NCBI GenBank assembly: GCA_963781885.1
Contig: CAWAHW010000005.1
Coordinates: forward strand, 256,001 to 320,000
Source of the DNA: an uncultured Spirochaetota bacterium
GTDB lineage: Bacteria; Spirochaetota; Spirochaetia; SZUA-6; Fen-1364
Reading direction: 5' to 3'
Length of the DNA stretch: 64,000 bases
The position numbers and the translations under genes were made by a program. Each line of letters starts with the position of its first letter. Positions within the stretch are counted from its first letter, which is position 1. The notes beneath the pieces were generated by a model. It was not told the DNA's origin and did not search any database. It saw nothing but the letters and a program-made list of their open reading frames with translations. This document shows, piece by piece, positions 32,151 through 43,828 of this stretch.

Positions 32151-34490
32151 CTAGAATACAAGGTCCAGGACCTCGTCCATGGTGGAAACCGGATTGAAGG
32201 TAATGCCTTCCCGCACGTGCGCGGGGATCTCCTCCAGATCGCGGACATTTCCCTGCGGGAAAAGCACGCGCTTGATACGGTTCCGCCGCGCGGCGATCAC
32301 TTTCTCCTTCAGGCCGCCGATGGGAAGCACCCTGCCGACCAGAGAGAGCTCGCCGGTCATGGCAAGGGATTTCTTCATCTTCTTCCCCATGGCAAGCGAA
32401 AGGAGGGCCGAGGCGAGCGTGATTCCCGCGGAAGGTCCGTCCTTCGGTGTGGCCCCGGCCGGCACGTGGAGATGGATCAGGTTTTTCTCCCAGAAGTCCG
32501 GGCTCACGCCGTATTTTGCCCCGACGTGCCGCGCGTAGGAGTATGCAATGCTTGCAGATTCCTGCATGACCTCGCCGAGCTTTCCCGTCAGCTTGAAGCC
32601 TTCCTTCCCTTCGTTGGCAATCGCCTCGATGGTGAGCACGGCGCCTCCCATCTGAGTCCAGGCCAGCCCTGTCGCCATGCCTGGTTTCAGGTTGTCCGCA
32701 ATCTCCTCGTCCAGGAACACGGGCTTGCCGAGGTATTCCTCCAGCGAATCCTTTTTCAGGGAAACGGGAAGGGTGAGCTTTCCGGTCAGGCTCGCACGAG
32801 CGATCTTGCGATGGATCTTGTCCAGCGCCTTTTCGAAATTCCTGAGGCCCGCTTCCCGCGCATAGCCGTCCGCGATTGCGAGGAGAGCCCCGGCGTCGTA
32901 TTTCACGCTCGATTTCCCCAGCCCCGCGCGCTCGAGCGATCGCGGGATCAGGTACGTGCGCGCAATAGCCACCTTTTCGCGGTCGATGTAGCCGGAGAGC
33001 CGGATGACCTCCATGCGGTCCAGGAGGGGCGCGGGGATGGAATCGAGCGTGTTCGCCGTGGTGACAAAGAGGATGTGCGAGATGTCAAACGGCAGGTCGA
33101 GGTAGTTGTCACGAAAGGCCACGTTCTGCTCGGGATCCAGCACCTCGAGGAGCGCGGAGGAGGGGTCGCCCTGGTACGATGCGCCCAGCTTGTCGATCTC
33201 ATCGATCATATAGACGGGATTCTTCGTCTTCACGATCTTCAAGCCCTGGATGATCTTGCCGGGCATCGCGCCGATGTACGTGCGCCGGTGGCCCTTGATC
33301 TCCGCCTCGTCCCGCATGCCGCCGACGGAGAATCGGAAGAACTTTCTTTCCAGGGCGCGGGCGATGGATTTCCCCACCGAGGTCTTTCCGACGCCGGGGG
33401 GGCCGACCAGACAGATGATCGAGCCCTTGCTGTCTTTCTTGAGCTTCCGCACGGAGAGGTACTCGACGATGCGCTCCTTCACGTCTTCCAGCCCGTAGTG
33501 ATCCTCGTTGAGGATTGTGACGGCCTTGTCGATGTCGAGAGTCTCCTTGGAGTCGTCCTTCCAGGGCAGGGCGATGATGGTCTCCAGGTAATTGCGCGTG
33601 ACGGTGAACTCCGGGGAGTTGGCGTCCATGAGGGAGAACTTCTCCAGCTCCTGGTCCACCTGCTCTTTCACCTCGCCTTCGAATGCGAGCTTCTCCACGG
33701 CCTCCTTGAAACGCTGGTGCTCGCTGGACTTCGCGTCCACCGCCATGCCCAGCTCCGTCTTGATGGCCTTCAGCTCTTCCTTCAGGAAATAGTCGCGCTG
33801 GCTCTTGGAGATCTTGTCATTGAGCTGCTCCTGTATCTTCTTCTGGATCTTCAGCAGCTCCTGTTCCTTCTTGATGAAGATGAGCACGTGCTCCATGCGC
33901 GCCTGCACGTCGTCCATTTCCAGTATCTTCTGCTGCTCGGACCCTTCAAGATTGAGGATCGAGCTGATGAAATCCGCGACCTTCCCGGGATGGTCGATAT
34001 TGACCATGGAGAGGCGCATCTCCTCCGAGAAAAGCGGGTTGTTCTCCGAGACCTGCTTCATCTCACCGATGAGGGCGCGCGTGAGGGCCTTCACCTCGGG
34101 GGTGTCGAAGTTCGTGTCTTCACGATATTGCGGCACCACGCTGATCGGCTGCGTGCTCTGGAGGACGCGCTTGATCTGGAAACGCTTGATCGTCGAGATG
34201 TAGATGTTCACCCCGCCGTCCGGCAGGTTGATGCGCCGCACGATCTTCGCCGCCGTTCCCACCGGGCAGAGGTCGTCGGCGGAAGGGTTTTCCACGTCGT
34301 CGGATTTCAGCAGCACGAGGCCGATGAAGCTGTCCGCGGCGATGGCCTTTTCCACGGTGTCCGCCTCGCGGGTGCTCGGCAGCATCAGCGGCGTGAGGAT
34401 GCCCGGGTAGATCGGCTTTCCCCGCAGCGGGATGACGAACAGGCGCGCGGGCAGTATCTGGTCCGCAGGGACAATGTGATGATCGCTCAT
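32151..34490 (-). CDS. lon: Lon protease
   Basis: [29 protein letters not shown]. Confidence 0.97.
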   Translation of the reverse strand: MSDHHIVPADQILPARLFVIPLRGKPIYPGILTPLMLPSTREADTVEKAIAADSFIGLVLLKSDDVENPSADDLCPVGTAAKIVRRINLPDGGVNIYISTIKRFQIKRVLQSTQPISVVPQYREDTNFDTPEVKALTRALIGEMKQVSENNPLFSEEMRLSMVNIDHPGKVADFISSILNLEGSEQQKILEMDDVQARMEHVLIFIKKEQELLKIQKKIQEQLNDKISKSQRDYFLKEELKAIKTELGMAVDAKSSEHQRFKEAVEKLAFEGEVKEQVDQELEKFSLMDANSPEFTVTRNYLETIIALPWKDDSKETLDIDKAVTILNEDHYGLEDVKERIVEYLSVRKLKKDSKGSIICLVGPPGVGKTSVGKSIARALERKFFRFSVGGMRDEAEIKGHRRTYIGAMPGKIIQGLKIVKTKNPVYMIDEIDKLGASYQGDPSSALLEVLDPEQNVAFRDNYLDLPFDISHILFVTTANTLDSIPAPLLDRMEVIRLSGYIDREKVAIARTYLIPRSLERAGLGKSSVKYDAGALLAIADGYAREAGLRNFEKALDKIHRKIARASLTGKLTLPVSLKKDSLEEYLGKPVFLDEEIADNLKPGMATGLAWTQMGGAVLTIEAIANEGKEGFKLTGKLGEVMQESASIAYSYARHVGAKYGVSPDFWEKNLIHLHVPAGATPKDGPSAGITLASALLSLAMGKKMKKSLAMTGELSLVGRVLPIGGLKEKVIAARRNRIKRVLFPQGNVRDLEEIPAHVREGITFNPVSTMDEVLDLVF

Positions 34491-34622
34491 TCTGCCTTCT
34501 CCGGTTGGTTTCCTTCAAGTTAAGGCCGCATTGCCGCCCAGTCAAGCCTGGCCGATCCTTCGCCGCCGCCGTCCTTGTCATGCGCGGCGCCGCTCGGTAC
34601 TATGACAGGGGCAGAAGAGCGC

Positions 34623-35378
34623 ATGGAACGAAGCATCTCCACACACGGCATCGTGATCAGGCGGGAACGGAGCGCCGAGTTCCACAAGAGCCTCACCCTG
34701 CTCACCACGGACCTCGGTCTGATCACCGCCACCGCCTATGGCGCCTTCAAGATGAACAGCCGCCTGCGCATGGGAAGCGAGCCGTTCACGTGGTCCCGCG
34801 TCCAGCTTTACCACAATCCCGTGCGGCGCAGCTACAAGGTCACCGAGATGGAGATACTCGCGTCATTCGAAGGGCTCCAGCGCGATCTGTCCCGCCTGGC
34901 GGCGGCCTCCCTCTGGGCCGAGGTGGTGCAGAAATCCTACGGCGCCGGCGAGCTGTCCGGCGGGCTCTTTCGGCTTTTCCTCGACTCCCTCCAGCTCCTC
35001 GACGCAGCGGACGCGCACCGTGAGCCCTACGTCACCCTGCAGTTCCTCTGGCGCTTCCTCGCCCTTGCCGGCTACCAGCCCGACACGGGCCAGTGCGATC
35101 GCTGCGGCCGCGATTTCGCCGAAACCGAGACGGCATACTACGCCTCCCGTTCGCACGCGCTTCTCTGCGCGGAGTGTGCCAATCGCACCGGCCTGCCGCT
35201 TCCCGCCGGCGCGCTGCGTTTCCTCGATGCCACCGCGACGCTGTCCATCGACAAGGCGGTGGAGGTGAGCCTTGGTGAGCGCTCGCTCCACGCGCTGCGG
35301 GAATCGCTGCCGCGCATGCTGCAGTCCGTACTGGAGGGGGAGCTGGCATCGCTGCCGTGGGTCGAGGCGGGCCGGTGA
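34623..35378 (+). CDS. recO: DNA repair protein RecO
   Basis: N-terminal OB-like region, CxxC...CxxC zinc finger. Confidence 0.88.
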   Translation: MERSISTHGIVIRRERSAEFHKSLTLLTTDLGLITATAYGAFKMNSRLRMGSEPFTWSRVQLYHNPVRRSYKVTEMEILASFEGLQRDLSRLAAASLWAEVVQKSYGAGELSGGLFRLFLDSLQLLDAADAHREPYVTLQFLWRFLALAGYQPDTGQCDRCGRDFAETETAYYASRSHALLCAECANRTGLPLPAGALRFLDATATLSIDKAVEVSLGERSLHALRESLPRMLQSVLEGELASLPWVEAGR

Positions 35379-35956
35379 GGCTTTTTGCCGGTCTCCCGCT
35401 GCCCTCCGACATTGCGGAAGGGCTCGTGCATGCCCTTGCCTCTGCGCGGCAGCGCGCCCCGCGGGCACGCTGGGTTCCCGCGGAGAACCTGCACGTGACG
35501 CTGCGCTTCTTCGGTGACGTGGACGATGCGGCCCGCGCCGCGCTGGAGGCGGTCTTCGACAGCGGCGAGCTTCGCCGGCCGACGATATCCTGCCGGCTGG
35601 GCGCTGCCGGCCAGTTTCCGCTCCGCGGCGCCCCGCGCGTGCTGTGGGTAGGACTTGAAACGGGCGCGGCGGAGTCGCATGCCTTCTGGGAGAGCTTGCG
35701 GCGGCTGCTCGCGCCGCTCCAGGAGAAAGGCGCTCCCCTGGAGACGCTGCCGCGCGACGAGCGGGACTTCGCGCCCCATGTGACCGTTGCGCGCGTGGGG
35801 CACGCGCCGATTCGGGAGGATTGGGCCGAGGGCGTGGCCGTGCCTCATGCGGATTTTCAGCTGTCGGAGTGCGTCCTTTTCCAGTCTCTCCTGGGCAGGG
35901 AGGGCGCACGCTACGTTCCCCAGAAGAGGGTGCAGCTCGTGAAAGGCGCAATGTGA
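35375..35956 (+). CDS. thpR: RNA 2',3'-cyclic phosphodiesterase
   Basis: Two HxT motifs (HVTL, PHVT), RVLWVG. Confidence 0.9.
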   Translation: MRLFAGLPLPSDIAEGLVHALASARQRAPRARWVPAENLHVTLRFFGDVDDAARAALEAVFDSGELRRPTISCRLGAAGQFPLRGAPRVLWVGLETGAAESHAFWESLRRLLAPLQEKGAPLETLPRDERDFAPHVTVARVGHAPIREDWAEGVAVPHADFQLSECVLFQSLLGREGARYVPQKRVQLVKGAM

Positions 35957-37263
35957 GAGCAGTCGACCTCATCATGAAGAAGCGGGACGGCGGGCAGCTC
36001 ACGGGGCCCGAGATCGATTTTCTCGTCGACGGGTTCACTCGTGGCGATATCCCCGACTACCAGTTCTCATCCCTCCTCATGGCAATCGTGCTGAAAGGAA
36101 TGAGCGCGGATGAGACGGCCCGACTGACAAAGGCAATGATCGCCTCGGGGGACGTGCTGGACCTGGCGGGTGTTCCCGGGCCGCTCGTGGACAAGCATTC
36201 CACGGGCGGGGTAGGGGACAAGATATCCCTGATACTCGCCCCGCTCGCGGCCGCCTGCGGGATACGGGTGCCCATGATGAGCGGAAGGTCGCTGGGCCAC
36301 ACCGGGGGAACGCTCGACAAGCTTGAGTCCATACCCGGCTACCGGACGAACCTTACCGTGGAGCGTTTCCGCGAGGCGCTCCGCGTCGTCGGCTTCGCGA
36401 TGATCGGCCAGAGCGAGACGGTCGTGCCGGCGGACAGGCGCATGTATGCGCTGCGCGACGTCACCGGCACGGTGGAATCCATCCCGCTCATCACGGCGAG
36501 CATCATGTCGAAGAAGTTCGCCGAAGGCGCGCAGGCGCTGGTCTTCGACGTGAAGACGGGGGCCGGCGCATTCATGAAGAACGCGGAGCAGGCGCGCGCG
36601 CTGGCGAAATCGCTCGTGGCAACGGGCAGGGGCCTGGGCCGGGGCGTGGCGGCCATCATGACCGACATGGACCAGCCCCTGGGCTTGAAGATCGGCAACT
36701 TCCTCGAGGTGGAGGAAAGCATCGATTGCCTGAAGGGCGGCGGCCCGGCGGACGTGGTTGACCTGAGCTGCCGGCTCACGGGATGGATGCTCGCCCTGGG
36801 CGGCGTGGCGGCCGACGCACAGACGGGCGAGCGTCTTGCCCGCGCGAAGCTTGCCGATGGCAGCGCCTGGGAAAGATTCGTGAAAAACGTGGAGTTCCAG
36901 GGCGGCGACGTCGGCTGCCTGGAAGACCCCCGCAAGGGACCGCATGCGCCCCTCACCCGGCCCGTGCTCGCGGAAACGGCCGGCGTCGTGCAAAGGATCG
37001 ACGCGTACGCCATCGGGGTGGCGTCCGTCATCCTCGGCGCGGGACGGTCGAAGAAGGACGACGTGGTGCTGCCCGGCGTCGGCATCGTGCTCGAGGCAAA
37101 AGCGGGAGACCGGGTCGCCCGCGGCGACGTGCTCTGCCGCGTCCACGGCGGGACGGAGGAAAAGGTCGTCCAGGCCTGCGCGCTGGCGGGCTCGGCGTTC
37201 CAGCTCGGAGAGGGCCGGCCGAAGACGGTCCCCCTCATCATCGAAGAGATCACCGCCGCATGA
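35953..37263 (+). CDS. pdp: Pyrimidine-nucleoside/thymidine phosphorylase
   Basis: DKHSTGGVGDK, SGRSLGHTGGTLDKLE. Confidence 0.93.
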   Translation: MRAVDLIMKKRDGGQLTGPEIDFLVDGFTRGDIPDYQFSSLLMAIVLKGMSADETARLTKAMIASGDVLDLAGVPGPLVDKHSTGGVGDKISLILAPLAAACGIRVPMMSGRSLGHTGGTLDKLESIPGYRTNLTVERFREALRVVGFAMIGQSETVVPADRRMYALRDVTGTVESIPLITASIMSKKFAEGAQALVFDVKTGAGAFMKNAEQARALAKSLVATGRGLGRGVAAIMTDMDQPLGLKIGNFLEVEESIDCLKGGGPADVVDLSCRLTGWMLALGGVAADAQTGERLARAKLADGSAWERFVKNVEFQGGDVGCLEDPRKGPHAPLTRPVLAETAGVVQRIDAYAIGVASVILGAGRSKKDDVVLPGVGIVLEAKAGDRVARGDVLCRVHGGTEEKVVQACALAGSAFQLGEGRPKTVPLIIEEITAA

Positions 37264-39365
37264 AGTGGAACAAGTCCCCGATCGACGCGCAGCTCGTCAA
37301 GGAGATCGCGCGCCGCTATGAGATCGATCTCCTGCCTGCGGCGATCCTGACGCGTCGCGGAATCACGGCGCCGGAGCAGCTCCTCTACTTCCTCGAAAAT
37401 GACAGCCGCTATGTCCACAATCCGTTTCTCATGCCGGCCATGGTGGATGTCGTGGAACGGATCAACGCCGCCGTGGACAGTGGAGAAAAGATGTTGATCT
37501 TCGGCGACCGCGACGTCGACGGGATCACCGCCACGGTCCTGCTCTTCGAGACGTTGACAGAGCTGGGCGGGGACGTGCAGTGGATGCTCCCCGAGGGCGA
37601 GGATGCGTATGGATTGTCGGAGAAGGCGATCGAGAAGGCGGTCGCCGACGGCGTCGGCCTCCTTGTGACCGTGGACTGCGGCATCAGCAATGTCGCGGAG
37701 ATCGCCCGGGCGTCGGAACGGGGCGTGGACTGCATCGTCGTCGACCATCACAATCCCCCCGGAGACCTTCCCCCGGCGATTGCCATCGTGAATCCCAAGC
37801 TGTCCGGCTATCCCTTTCGCGATCTCTGCGGCTGCGCGGTTGCCGCCAAGCTGGAGTGGGCGCTCCGCTTTTCCCGCTCGCCGTTCTACGGCGCCTCCTT
37901 CTGCCTGCTCAATGCGCGCCCGGCGAATGAAACCCTCGTGGTGGAGGCGCTGCGCCTGACCAACCTTGTGGAGACGGACCGCATCGTGGAGAGCTTCGTG
38001 CCCGGCATGGTATCGCTGGAAAAGAGCAGGCTCGCGTCGTTCATTGCCGGTGACGAAGTGCTCGTCCTCGACGCCGCTCTCCAGGCGCGTCTTTTCTCCA
38101 AGTTCATGGGCCCCGATGCCGCGCTTCCCCTTTCGGACCTGGGGCCGCTCGTCTCCCAGTATCTTCCCGACCTTGCGGGCAAGAGCCTCCTGAAGATCCA
38201 GCAGGCGGCGCGGTCTGCGCGCTACGCGGCGCGCGCGCTCACGGAAATCGACACGCTGGCGGAGGTCTTTTCCGCGCTCGTCGTCGCGCGCGAGCAGACG
38301 CGGCTTGCGCCGTCGGCCGCGCACCTGGACCTGGTCACCCTGGGAACCCTGGCGGACCTGATGCCGCTTGTCGATGAGAACCGCATCTTCGTGCGCCAGG
38401 GTCTCGCGCAGCTGCGGGCGTCCGAGCGGCCCGGGCTGCGCCAGGTGTTCAAACGCAAGGACCTCCTGGGCAAAAAGATCAGCACGACAGACATCGCGTG
38501 GCAGGTGTCGCCGCTTCTCAACTCGGCAGGCCGCATGGGGGAGCCGGGCAAGGCGACGCAGGTGCTCCTTGCGCGCACGGCGGAAGAGGCGGACGCGCTC
38601 GTGGAGCAGCTCTTTGCCCTTGACGGCAAGCGCAAGAGCCTGGGGGAAAGCGCGTGGTCGCTGCTCATGGGCCCGGCGCGGGAATCGCTGGAGCGATCGG
38701 GGGGACGCTGCATCCTCGTGCACGACGAGCGGGTACAGCGGGGAATCACCGGCGTCATCGCCTCGCGCCTGCAGGGCTTCTTCAAGGCGCCGTCCATCGT
38801 CATTGCCGAGGCCGGTGACCTCGCGGTTGGCTCCATCCGCTGCAACCAACCGCGCGTGATCGCCAATTTCTTCGCCCGACACGGACCGGACTTCCTGAAC
38901 TACGGCGGGCATGATTTTGCCGGGGGGTTCAGCGTCGAGAGGGAAAAGCTGGGCGCTTTCGTCGAATCCTTCTACGCGGGCATCGAGGACATCGCTCCGC
39001 CTGCCGCGGGGGAGGAGACGATCACCGTGGACGCGGAAATTCCGATTCCTCTTCTCTCGCCCGATCTCCAGAAGGTCGTCGACATGTTCGAGCCCTATGG
39101 AGAGGGCAACCCGGCGCTCGTGTTCCTCACGCGCGGCATGCGCGTGGCGCATTGCGAGCTGATCGGGAGAAAGGACCTGAGTCATTTGAAGCTGCTGCTG
39201 GAAGCCGGCAAGACCAGGTGGCCGGCCGTCTACTGGAACGCTGCGCCGCGCTTCCCGTCGGAGTTCTCCATCGGCGATACCGTCGATGTCGTCTACCGCA
39301 TCGGCCGCAATTCCTATGGCGGGAGCGAGAATATCCAGCTCACGGTCGTCGACTTGAGGAAATGA
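37260..39365 (+). CDS. recJ: ssDNA exonuclease RecJ
   Basis: GD.DVDG, DCG, DHH, N.AGR, GGH..AGG. Confidence 0.93.
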   Translation: MKWNKSPIDAQLVKEIARRYEIDLLPAAILTRRGITAPEQLLYFLENDSRYVHNPFLMPAMVDVVERINAAVDSGEKMLIFGDRDVDGITATVLLFETLTELGGDVQWMLPEGEDAYGLSEKAIEKAVADGVGLLVTVDCGISNVAEIARASERGVDCIVVDHHNPPGDLPPAIAIVNPKLSGYPFRDLCGCAVAAKLEWALRFSRSPFYGASFCLLNARPANETLVVEALRLTNLVETDRIVESFVPGMVSLEKSRLASFIAGDEVLVLDAALQARLFSKFMGPDAALPLSDLGPLVSQYLPDLAGKSLLKIQQAARSARYAARALTEIDTLAEVFSALVVAREQTRLAPSAAHLDLVTLGTLADLMPLVDENRIFVRQGLAQLRASERPGLRQVFKRKDLLGKKISTTDIAWQVSPLLNSAGRMGEPGKATQVLLARTAEEADALVEQLFALDGKRKSLGESAWSLLMGPARESLERSGGRCILVHDERVQRGITGVIASRLQGFFKAPSIVIAEAGDLAVGSIRCNQPRVIANFFARHGPDFLNYGGHDFAGGFSVEREKLGAFVESFYAGIEDIAPPAAGEETITVDAEIPIPLLSPDLQKVVDMFEPYGEGNPALVFLTRGMRVAHCELIGRKDLSHLKLLLEAGKTRWPAVYWNAAPRFPSEFSIGDTVDVVYRIGRNSYGGSENIQLTVVDLRK

Positions 39366-40465
39366 GCCGGCGCATCGCGCGCGCGGCGCTCTCCGCGCTC
39401 CTTCTTCTTGCGTGGGCCGGGGGCATGCTGTCCGCCGATACCTTCGCCCTCACGAGTCCCGCGCCGGCAATTTGCATCGCCTCCGCGGACGCGGTGTATA
39501 GCGTAAAAAACGGCGCCCTGGTGCCTGTACGGGGCATCTACTCCATCTTCCCGCACGGGCAACAGCCTCTTGCCCTGGAGACTCGCGCGGCCGTGTCTGC
39601 CCCGCCGGGCGGGACGGTGCGCGTCTATCTGTGGTCGGAAGAGGCGCTGGATTCAGTCTCCGTTCAACTGGCCTCGCCGGGGAAGGCTCCTCTTGCCCGC
39701 ACGGAGGGGTTCCCTGCCCCAACGAGGCGGACCACGCTGCTGTGGGTGGCACTGCTCGGCCTCCCTGCCGACAGCGTGCCGCGCAGCCGCACGCTCACGC
39801 TGCATGTCACCGCGGGCGCGCGGAGCTGGTTTCTCTTGGAGCCATTCGACGTTGTCTCCCGGCGTTTCTTCACCGACCGCATCGGGTTGAGCAAGGGCCT
39901 CACGACCCTCATGAACGCTCCGGATCCGCGCAAGGCCGCCGAGGGCAGGAGCCTTGCCCTTGCCCTTTCGACGCCGCATCCTGACGCGCTCTTCCAAACG
40001 GGACCTTTCATCGATCCGTTGTCGGGGGCACACAGAACCGGCGGCTACGGAGACCGCCGGGAGTACGACTACGACGATGGAACGACCGGCCTTTCAATTC
40101 ACCAGGGGCTTGACATCGGGGCTCCGCAGGGCACGTCGGTCCTCGCATGCGGCAACGGCAGGGTTGTGATTGCCGATACGCGCATCCTCACCGGCAACAC
40201 CGTGGTGATCGAGCACCTGCCTGGGCTTTTCTCCCTCTATTTCCACATGTCGGAGCTTGACGCGAAGGTCGGTGACGTCGTTGCGCAGGGCGCCGTCATC
40301 GGCAAGGTGGGCATGACGGGCTTCGCCACCGGTCCGCACTTGCACTGGGAGGTCCAGGCATCCGGTGTTCCCGTGGATCCCGAGGCGCTGATCAAGGCGC
40401 CTCTCCTTGACAAAAACGCAGATATCGTCGACAGTTATGCCCGCATCGGCACCGAAGGGAGGTGA
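39362..40465 (+). CDS. M23 family metallopeptidase
   Basis: HQGLD, Y.H, TGPHLHW; signal peptide. Confidence 0.88.
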   Translation: MSRRIARAALSALLLLAWAGGMLSADTFALTSPAPAICIASADAVYSVKNGALVPVRGIYSIFPHGQQPLALETRAAVSAPPGGTVRVYLWSEEALDSVSVQLASPGKAPLARTEGFPAPTRRTTLLWVALLGLPADSVPRSRTLTLHVTAGARSWFLLEPFDVVSRRFFTDRIGLSKGLTTLMNAPDPRKAAEGRSLALALSTPHPDALFQTGPFIDPLSGAHRTGGYGDRREYDYDDGTTGLSIHQGLDIGAPQGTSVLACGNGRVVIADTRILTGNTVVIEHLPGLFSLYFHMSELDAKVGDVVAQGAVIGKVGMTGFATGPHLHWEVQASGVPVDPEALIKAPLLDKNADIVDSYARIGTEGR

Positions 40466-40680
40466 GTCCAATAGCCTACATCGAAGTGAGCGACGATGAG
40501 CCCCTTGAAAAGGCCATCAAGCGCTTCAAGCGCCAGGTGGAGAAAGAAGGGATCATCAGGGAGTGGAAGAAGAGGGAGTTTTTCGAGAAGCCCTCGGCCA
40601 TTCTCAATCGCAAGAAGAAGGCTCTCGAGCGCAAGCGCATGAAGAGGGCCCGTAAGGTTTCCCAGATGAAGAGCTACTAG
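40462..40680 (+). CDS. rpsU: 30S ribosomal protein S21
   Basis: [20 protein letters not shown]. Confidence 0.95.
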   Translation: MSPIAYIEVSDDEPLEKAIKRFKRQVEKEGIIREWKKREFFEKPSAILNRKKKALERKRMKRARKVSQMKSY

Positions 40681-40753
40681 GACCGGCGCGCCCTTCCGCG
40701 GTATCCCCGCGGAGTTCGACGCGCAGGACCTCCAGAATGTCAGACTTTGAAAC

Positions 40754-40783
40754 AAGCGAGCCCCCGATCGGGGGCTCGCTTTA
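40754..40783. terminator. Bidirectional intrinsic terminator
   Basis: Perfect 28-bp palindrome AAGCGAGCCCCCGA|TCGGGGGCTCGCTT between convergent genes. Confidence 0.8.
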
Positions 40784-41515
40784 TTACAGAATGTGCTTCA
40801 GGAAGCGCTGCGTGCGCTCCTCTTTCGGCGCGTCGAAGACGGCCTCGGGGGGACCCCTCTCGATGATCTCGCCGTGATCCATGAACACGACGGTGTGCGC
40901 GGCGGCGCGCGCGAATCCCATCTCGTGAGAAACCACGAGCATGGTCATGCCTTCTTTCGCGAGCTCAACCATTACGTCGAGCACTTCCTTGATCATCTCG
41001 GGGTCGAGCGCTGAGGTCGGCTCGTCAAAAAGCATGACCTTTGGGCTCATGGCAAGGGCACGCGCTATCGCGACGCGTTGCTGCTGTCCGCCCGAGAGTT
41101 GGTCCGGATAGGCCTTCTCCTTGTCGGAGAGCCCCACGCGCGCAAGGAGCGATATCCCCAGCTCACGGGAGGCGGCCTCCGGCATCCTTTTCACGATGCG
41201 TGGCGCGAGAATGATGTTCTCCAGCGCCGTGAGATGGGGGAAGAGGTTGAAGGACTGGAACACCATGCCCACCTCTTCGCGGATCCTGCGGATATCGGAG
41301 GCATGGTCGGTGACCTGGTCATCGTCCACCCAGATCTCCCCCGAGGTGAGGTTTTCCAGCCGGTTGATGCAGCGCAGCATCGTACTTTTGCCGCTTCCCG
41401 AGGGCCCGATGACGAGCACGACCTCGCCGGGTTGTACCGTGAGACTGGCGTTGCGCAGCGCGACGACCTTGCCGAAAGTCTTGCATGCGTTGATGATCCG
41501 CACCCTATCTGCCAC
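40784..41515 (-). CDS. Polar amino acid ABC ATPase (GlnQ-like)
   Basis: [35 protein letters not shown]. Confidence 0.93.
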   Translation of the reverse strand: MADRVRIINACKTFGKVVALRNASLTVQPGEVVLVIGPSGSGKSTMLRCINRLENLTSGEIWVDDDQVTDHASDIRRIREEVGMVFQSFNLFPHLTALENIILAPRIVKRMPEAASRELGISLLARVGLSDKEKAYPDQLSGGQQQRVAIARALAMSPKVMLFDEPTSALDPEMIKEVLDVMVELAKEGMTMLVVSHEMGFARAAAHTVVFMDHGEIIERGPPEAVFDAPKEERTQRFLKHIL

Positions 41516-42359
41516 TGCGGTTCATCCTTTCCTCCATGAGCGCGACGAGTCGCGAGAAGAAGAGCGTCATGACGAGATAGACGAGCGCGACGACGGTGAA
41601 TGCCTCGAAATAGTCGAACGTCTTGGAGGCATATTCGCGGCCCCGCCGCAGCAGATCGGAGACCGCGAGGATCGATACGAGCGACGAGTCTTTCAGCAGG
41701 GCGATGAACTCGTTGCCCAGCGGGGGAAGGACCACGCGGACGGTCTGCGGGAGGATGACGCGCAGCATGGCCTGTCCACGAGTCAGCCCGAGCGCAATCG
41801 CCGCTTCCATCTGTCCCTTGTGAATGGACTGGATTCCGGCGCGGAAGATCTCCCCCAGATAGGCGCCGTAGCAGACCGTCATGGCGATCACTGCGGCGAA
41901 GATGTCGGGGACCTGGATGATCTTTCCCAGAGCGTAATAGATGTAGAAGATCTGGACGAGGAGCGGGATCCCACGGATGATCTCCACGTAGATGGTTGCG
42001 ATCCGGTTGAGGATGACGACCCGCGAGATCCTGCCGAGACCCGCAATCAGTCCCACCACCACGGCGCAGACGATCGACATGATGGTGACTTCGAAGGTCC
42101 GTGCGATGCCATCCGGCAGGAACACGATGATCTCGCGGTAGGGGTGGGGGCGGAAGACGAACAGATACACCAGAACTGCAAGCGCCCCGAAGAAGGAGAT
42201 TCTCCAGGCGGAAAAGGTGGCCTTTTCACCGCGGCCGGGAATCAGCGCGCCATCGGTCACCTCGATGCGCGTGCCGCGCGCGGCCCGTGCCTCGCGCCGC
42301 GAGAGAAGCGGCGTTTCCGGAGAAACGCCGCTTTCCCTTTCGGTTCCTATTTCAGCCAC
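41505..42359 (-). CDS. Polar amino acid ABC permease
   Basis: [24 protein letters not shown]. Confidence 0.92.
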   Translation of the reverse strand: MAEIGTERESGVSPETPLLSRREARAARGTRIEVTDGALIPGRGEKATFSAWRISFFGALAVLVYLFVFRPHPYREIIVFLPDGIARTFEVTIMSIVCAVVVGLIAGLGRISRVVILNRIATIYVEIIRGIPLLVQIFYIYYALGKIIQVPDIFAAVIAMTVCYGAYLGEIFRAGIQSIHKGQMEAAIALGLTRGQAMLRVILPQTVRVVLPPLGNEFIALLKDSSLVSILAVSDLLRRGREYASKTFDYFEAFTVVALVYLVMTLFFSRLVALMEERMNRSGR

Positions 42360-43102
42360 TTGTCCTCGATCGCCTTGTTGTCGCCCGCGTCAAGAACCTT
42401 CTTGAGACCGGCATTGATGACGTCCAGGACCTTCGTGTTGCCCTTCTTCACCGCAACTCCGTAGTACTCCTCGGTGAACGGCTTGCCGACGATCTTCAGT
42501 TTGCCCTTGTACTGGTCGCTCTGCAGCGCGTAATTTGCGGCCGTCGGGGTATCGACCACCACGCCATCGATGCGGCCGTTGGCGAGGTCCGCCACCGCCA
42601 GCCCGATATCGTCGTAGGTCTTCTCCGTGATCTTGTCCGCGTCCTTCACCTTGTCGATCTCGAAGGCGCCTGTCGTGCCGATCTGCGCGCCGACCTTCTT
42701 GCCCTTCAAGTCGTCGAGCGTCGTGACGCCGTTTGTCTCCGTCTTCACGACCAGTATCTGTCCTGCATTGAAGTAGGGAATGGAGAAGTCGATGGTCTTC
42801 TTGCGCTCGTCGGTAATCGTCACGGACGACATGACCGCATCGTACTTTCCGTTGTCCAGCCCGGCGAAGATGCCGTCCCATGCGGTGCTCTTGAACTCGA
42901 CGGCGAAACCGCCCGCCTTTGCGGCGGCGTTCATGAGGTCGATGTCGAGGCCAACGATATTCTTGTTCGTATCCACCATTTCCATGGGCGGGAAGGTGGA
43001 GTCCGTTGCGATCGTGAGCTTGGTCGGCTCCTTCTTTGCGCACGACACGACGCCAACGGCCAGCCCCACGAGCATGAGGCCCGTCAGAACCTTTCGAAGC
43101 AT
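42347..43102 (-). CDS. Basic amino acid ABC substrate-binding lipoprotein
   Basis: Lipobox VVSC, FPP.E, ITDERKK, GTTG. Confidence 0.92.
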   Translation of the reverse strand: MLRKVLTGLMLVGLAVGVVSCAKKEPTKLTIATDSTFPPMEMVDTNKNIVGLDIDLMNAAAKAGGFAVEFKSTAWDGIFAGLDNGKYDAVMSSVTITDERKKTIDFSIPYFNAGQILVVKTETNGVTTLDDLKGKKVGAQIGTTGAFEIDKVKDADKITEKTYDDIGLAVADLANGRIDGVVVDTPTAANYALQSDQYKGKLKIVGKPFTEEYYGVAVKKGNTKVLDVINAGLKKVLDAGDNKAIEDKWLK

Positions 43103-43188
43103 AAATACCTCCTTGGGTGCATTTTTATTCGTTATTCACAGAAGGGGAGCCCATGTCAAGGGCACGGGGTTTCGCACCGCGCGTCTGC

Positions 43189-43217
43189 TTGACCTTTGAT
43201 TGGCTTTGCCCTATACT
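43189..43217 (+). promoter_or_regulatory. sigma70 promoter of tRNA gene
   Basis: TTGACC, 17 bp spacer, TATACT, 11 bp upstream of the tRNA. Confidence 0.7.
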
Positions 43218-43228
43218 GTACCACACGA

Positions 43229-43301
43229 CGCAGGGTAGAGCAGTTGGCAGCTCGTCGGGCTCATAACCCGGAGGTCGCAGGTTCAAATCCTGCCCCTGCT
43301 A
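43229..43301 (+). tRNA. Initiator tRNA-fMet (CAT)
   Basis: Cloverleaf, CAT anticodon, GGG/CCC anticodon stem, C1:T72 mismatch, GTTCAAATC T-loop; CCA not encoded. Confidence 0.95.
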
Positions 43302-43408
43302 TATAGATTCTTGTAGAGAAAAGGGTTAGAGACCGCTACCGAAAACGGCGCGATCCGCCACTCAACTGTCAGATGGAACTGTAAGAAGTTCCACTGGGGA
43401 GGGCCAGG

Positions 43409-43717
43409 ATGCGCCGTTTTTCATTGTATCGACGTGGCAAGATCTTCTACGCGCAGATTTTCAATCCCACCACGCGCAAGTACTTGCCATGCAGGCCTAA
43501 GAGGGAAAGTGATCGACGTGCCGCCGAACACGTGGCAGATGATTGGCTTCGCGGTGGAATCCCCGAGCCAGGCAGCAAGCATCAGCGTCCGATCGCGGAG
43601 ACCTTCGAGGTTTTCGCTCTTGTTCAGGCGATCCGCGATGCTCCACTTACTCCACCAGACGCTGAAAGGATCGTACGCGCCTTGAGGGACCTAAGCTCAT
43701 CGAGCGGCAAGCCTTGA
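43409..43717 (+). pseudogene. Probable truncated N-terminal fragment of a phage-type tyrosine integrase
   Basis: FSLYRRGKIFYAQI.NP..RKY resembles integrase arm-binding N-termini; lies next to the tRNA 3' end; stops after 102 aa with no catalytic domain. Confidence 0.5.
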
Positions 43718-43828
43718 AACTTCAGCTGGAAGGTAGGCTATGATCACTGACTATGCCGCCCGCCAGCCGGTTGGCGCAAATATGTACGGCCCTATCCATT
43801 CTGTATCGTTGACACCTTCATTGCAGCC

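Noticed and set aside
43409-43717. Fragment as the integron integrase IntI
   Set aside because: No catalytic RHRY residues or IntI motifs, and it lies at the distal end of the array.
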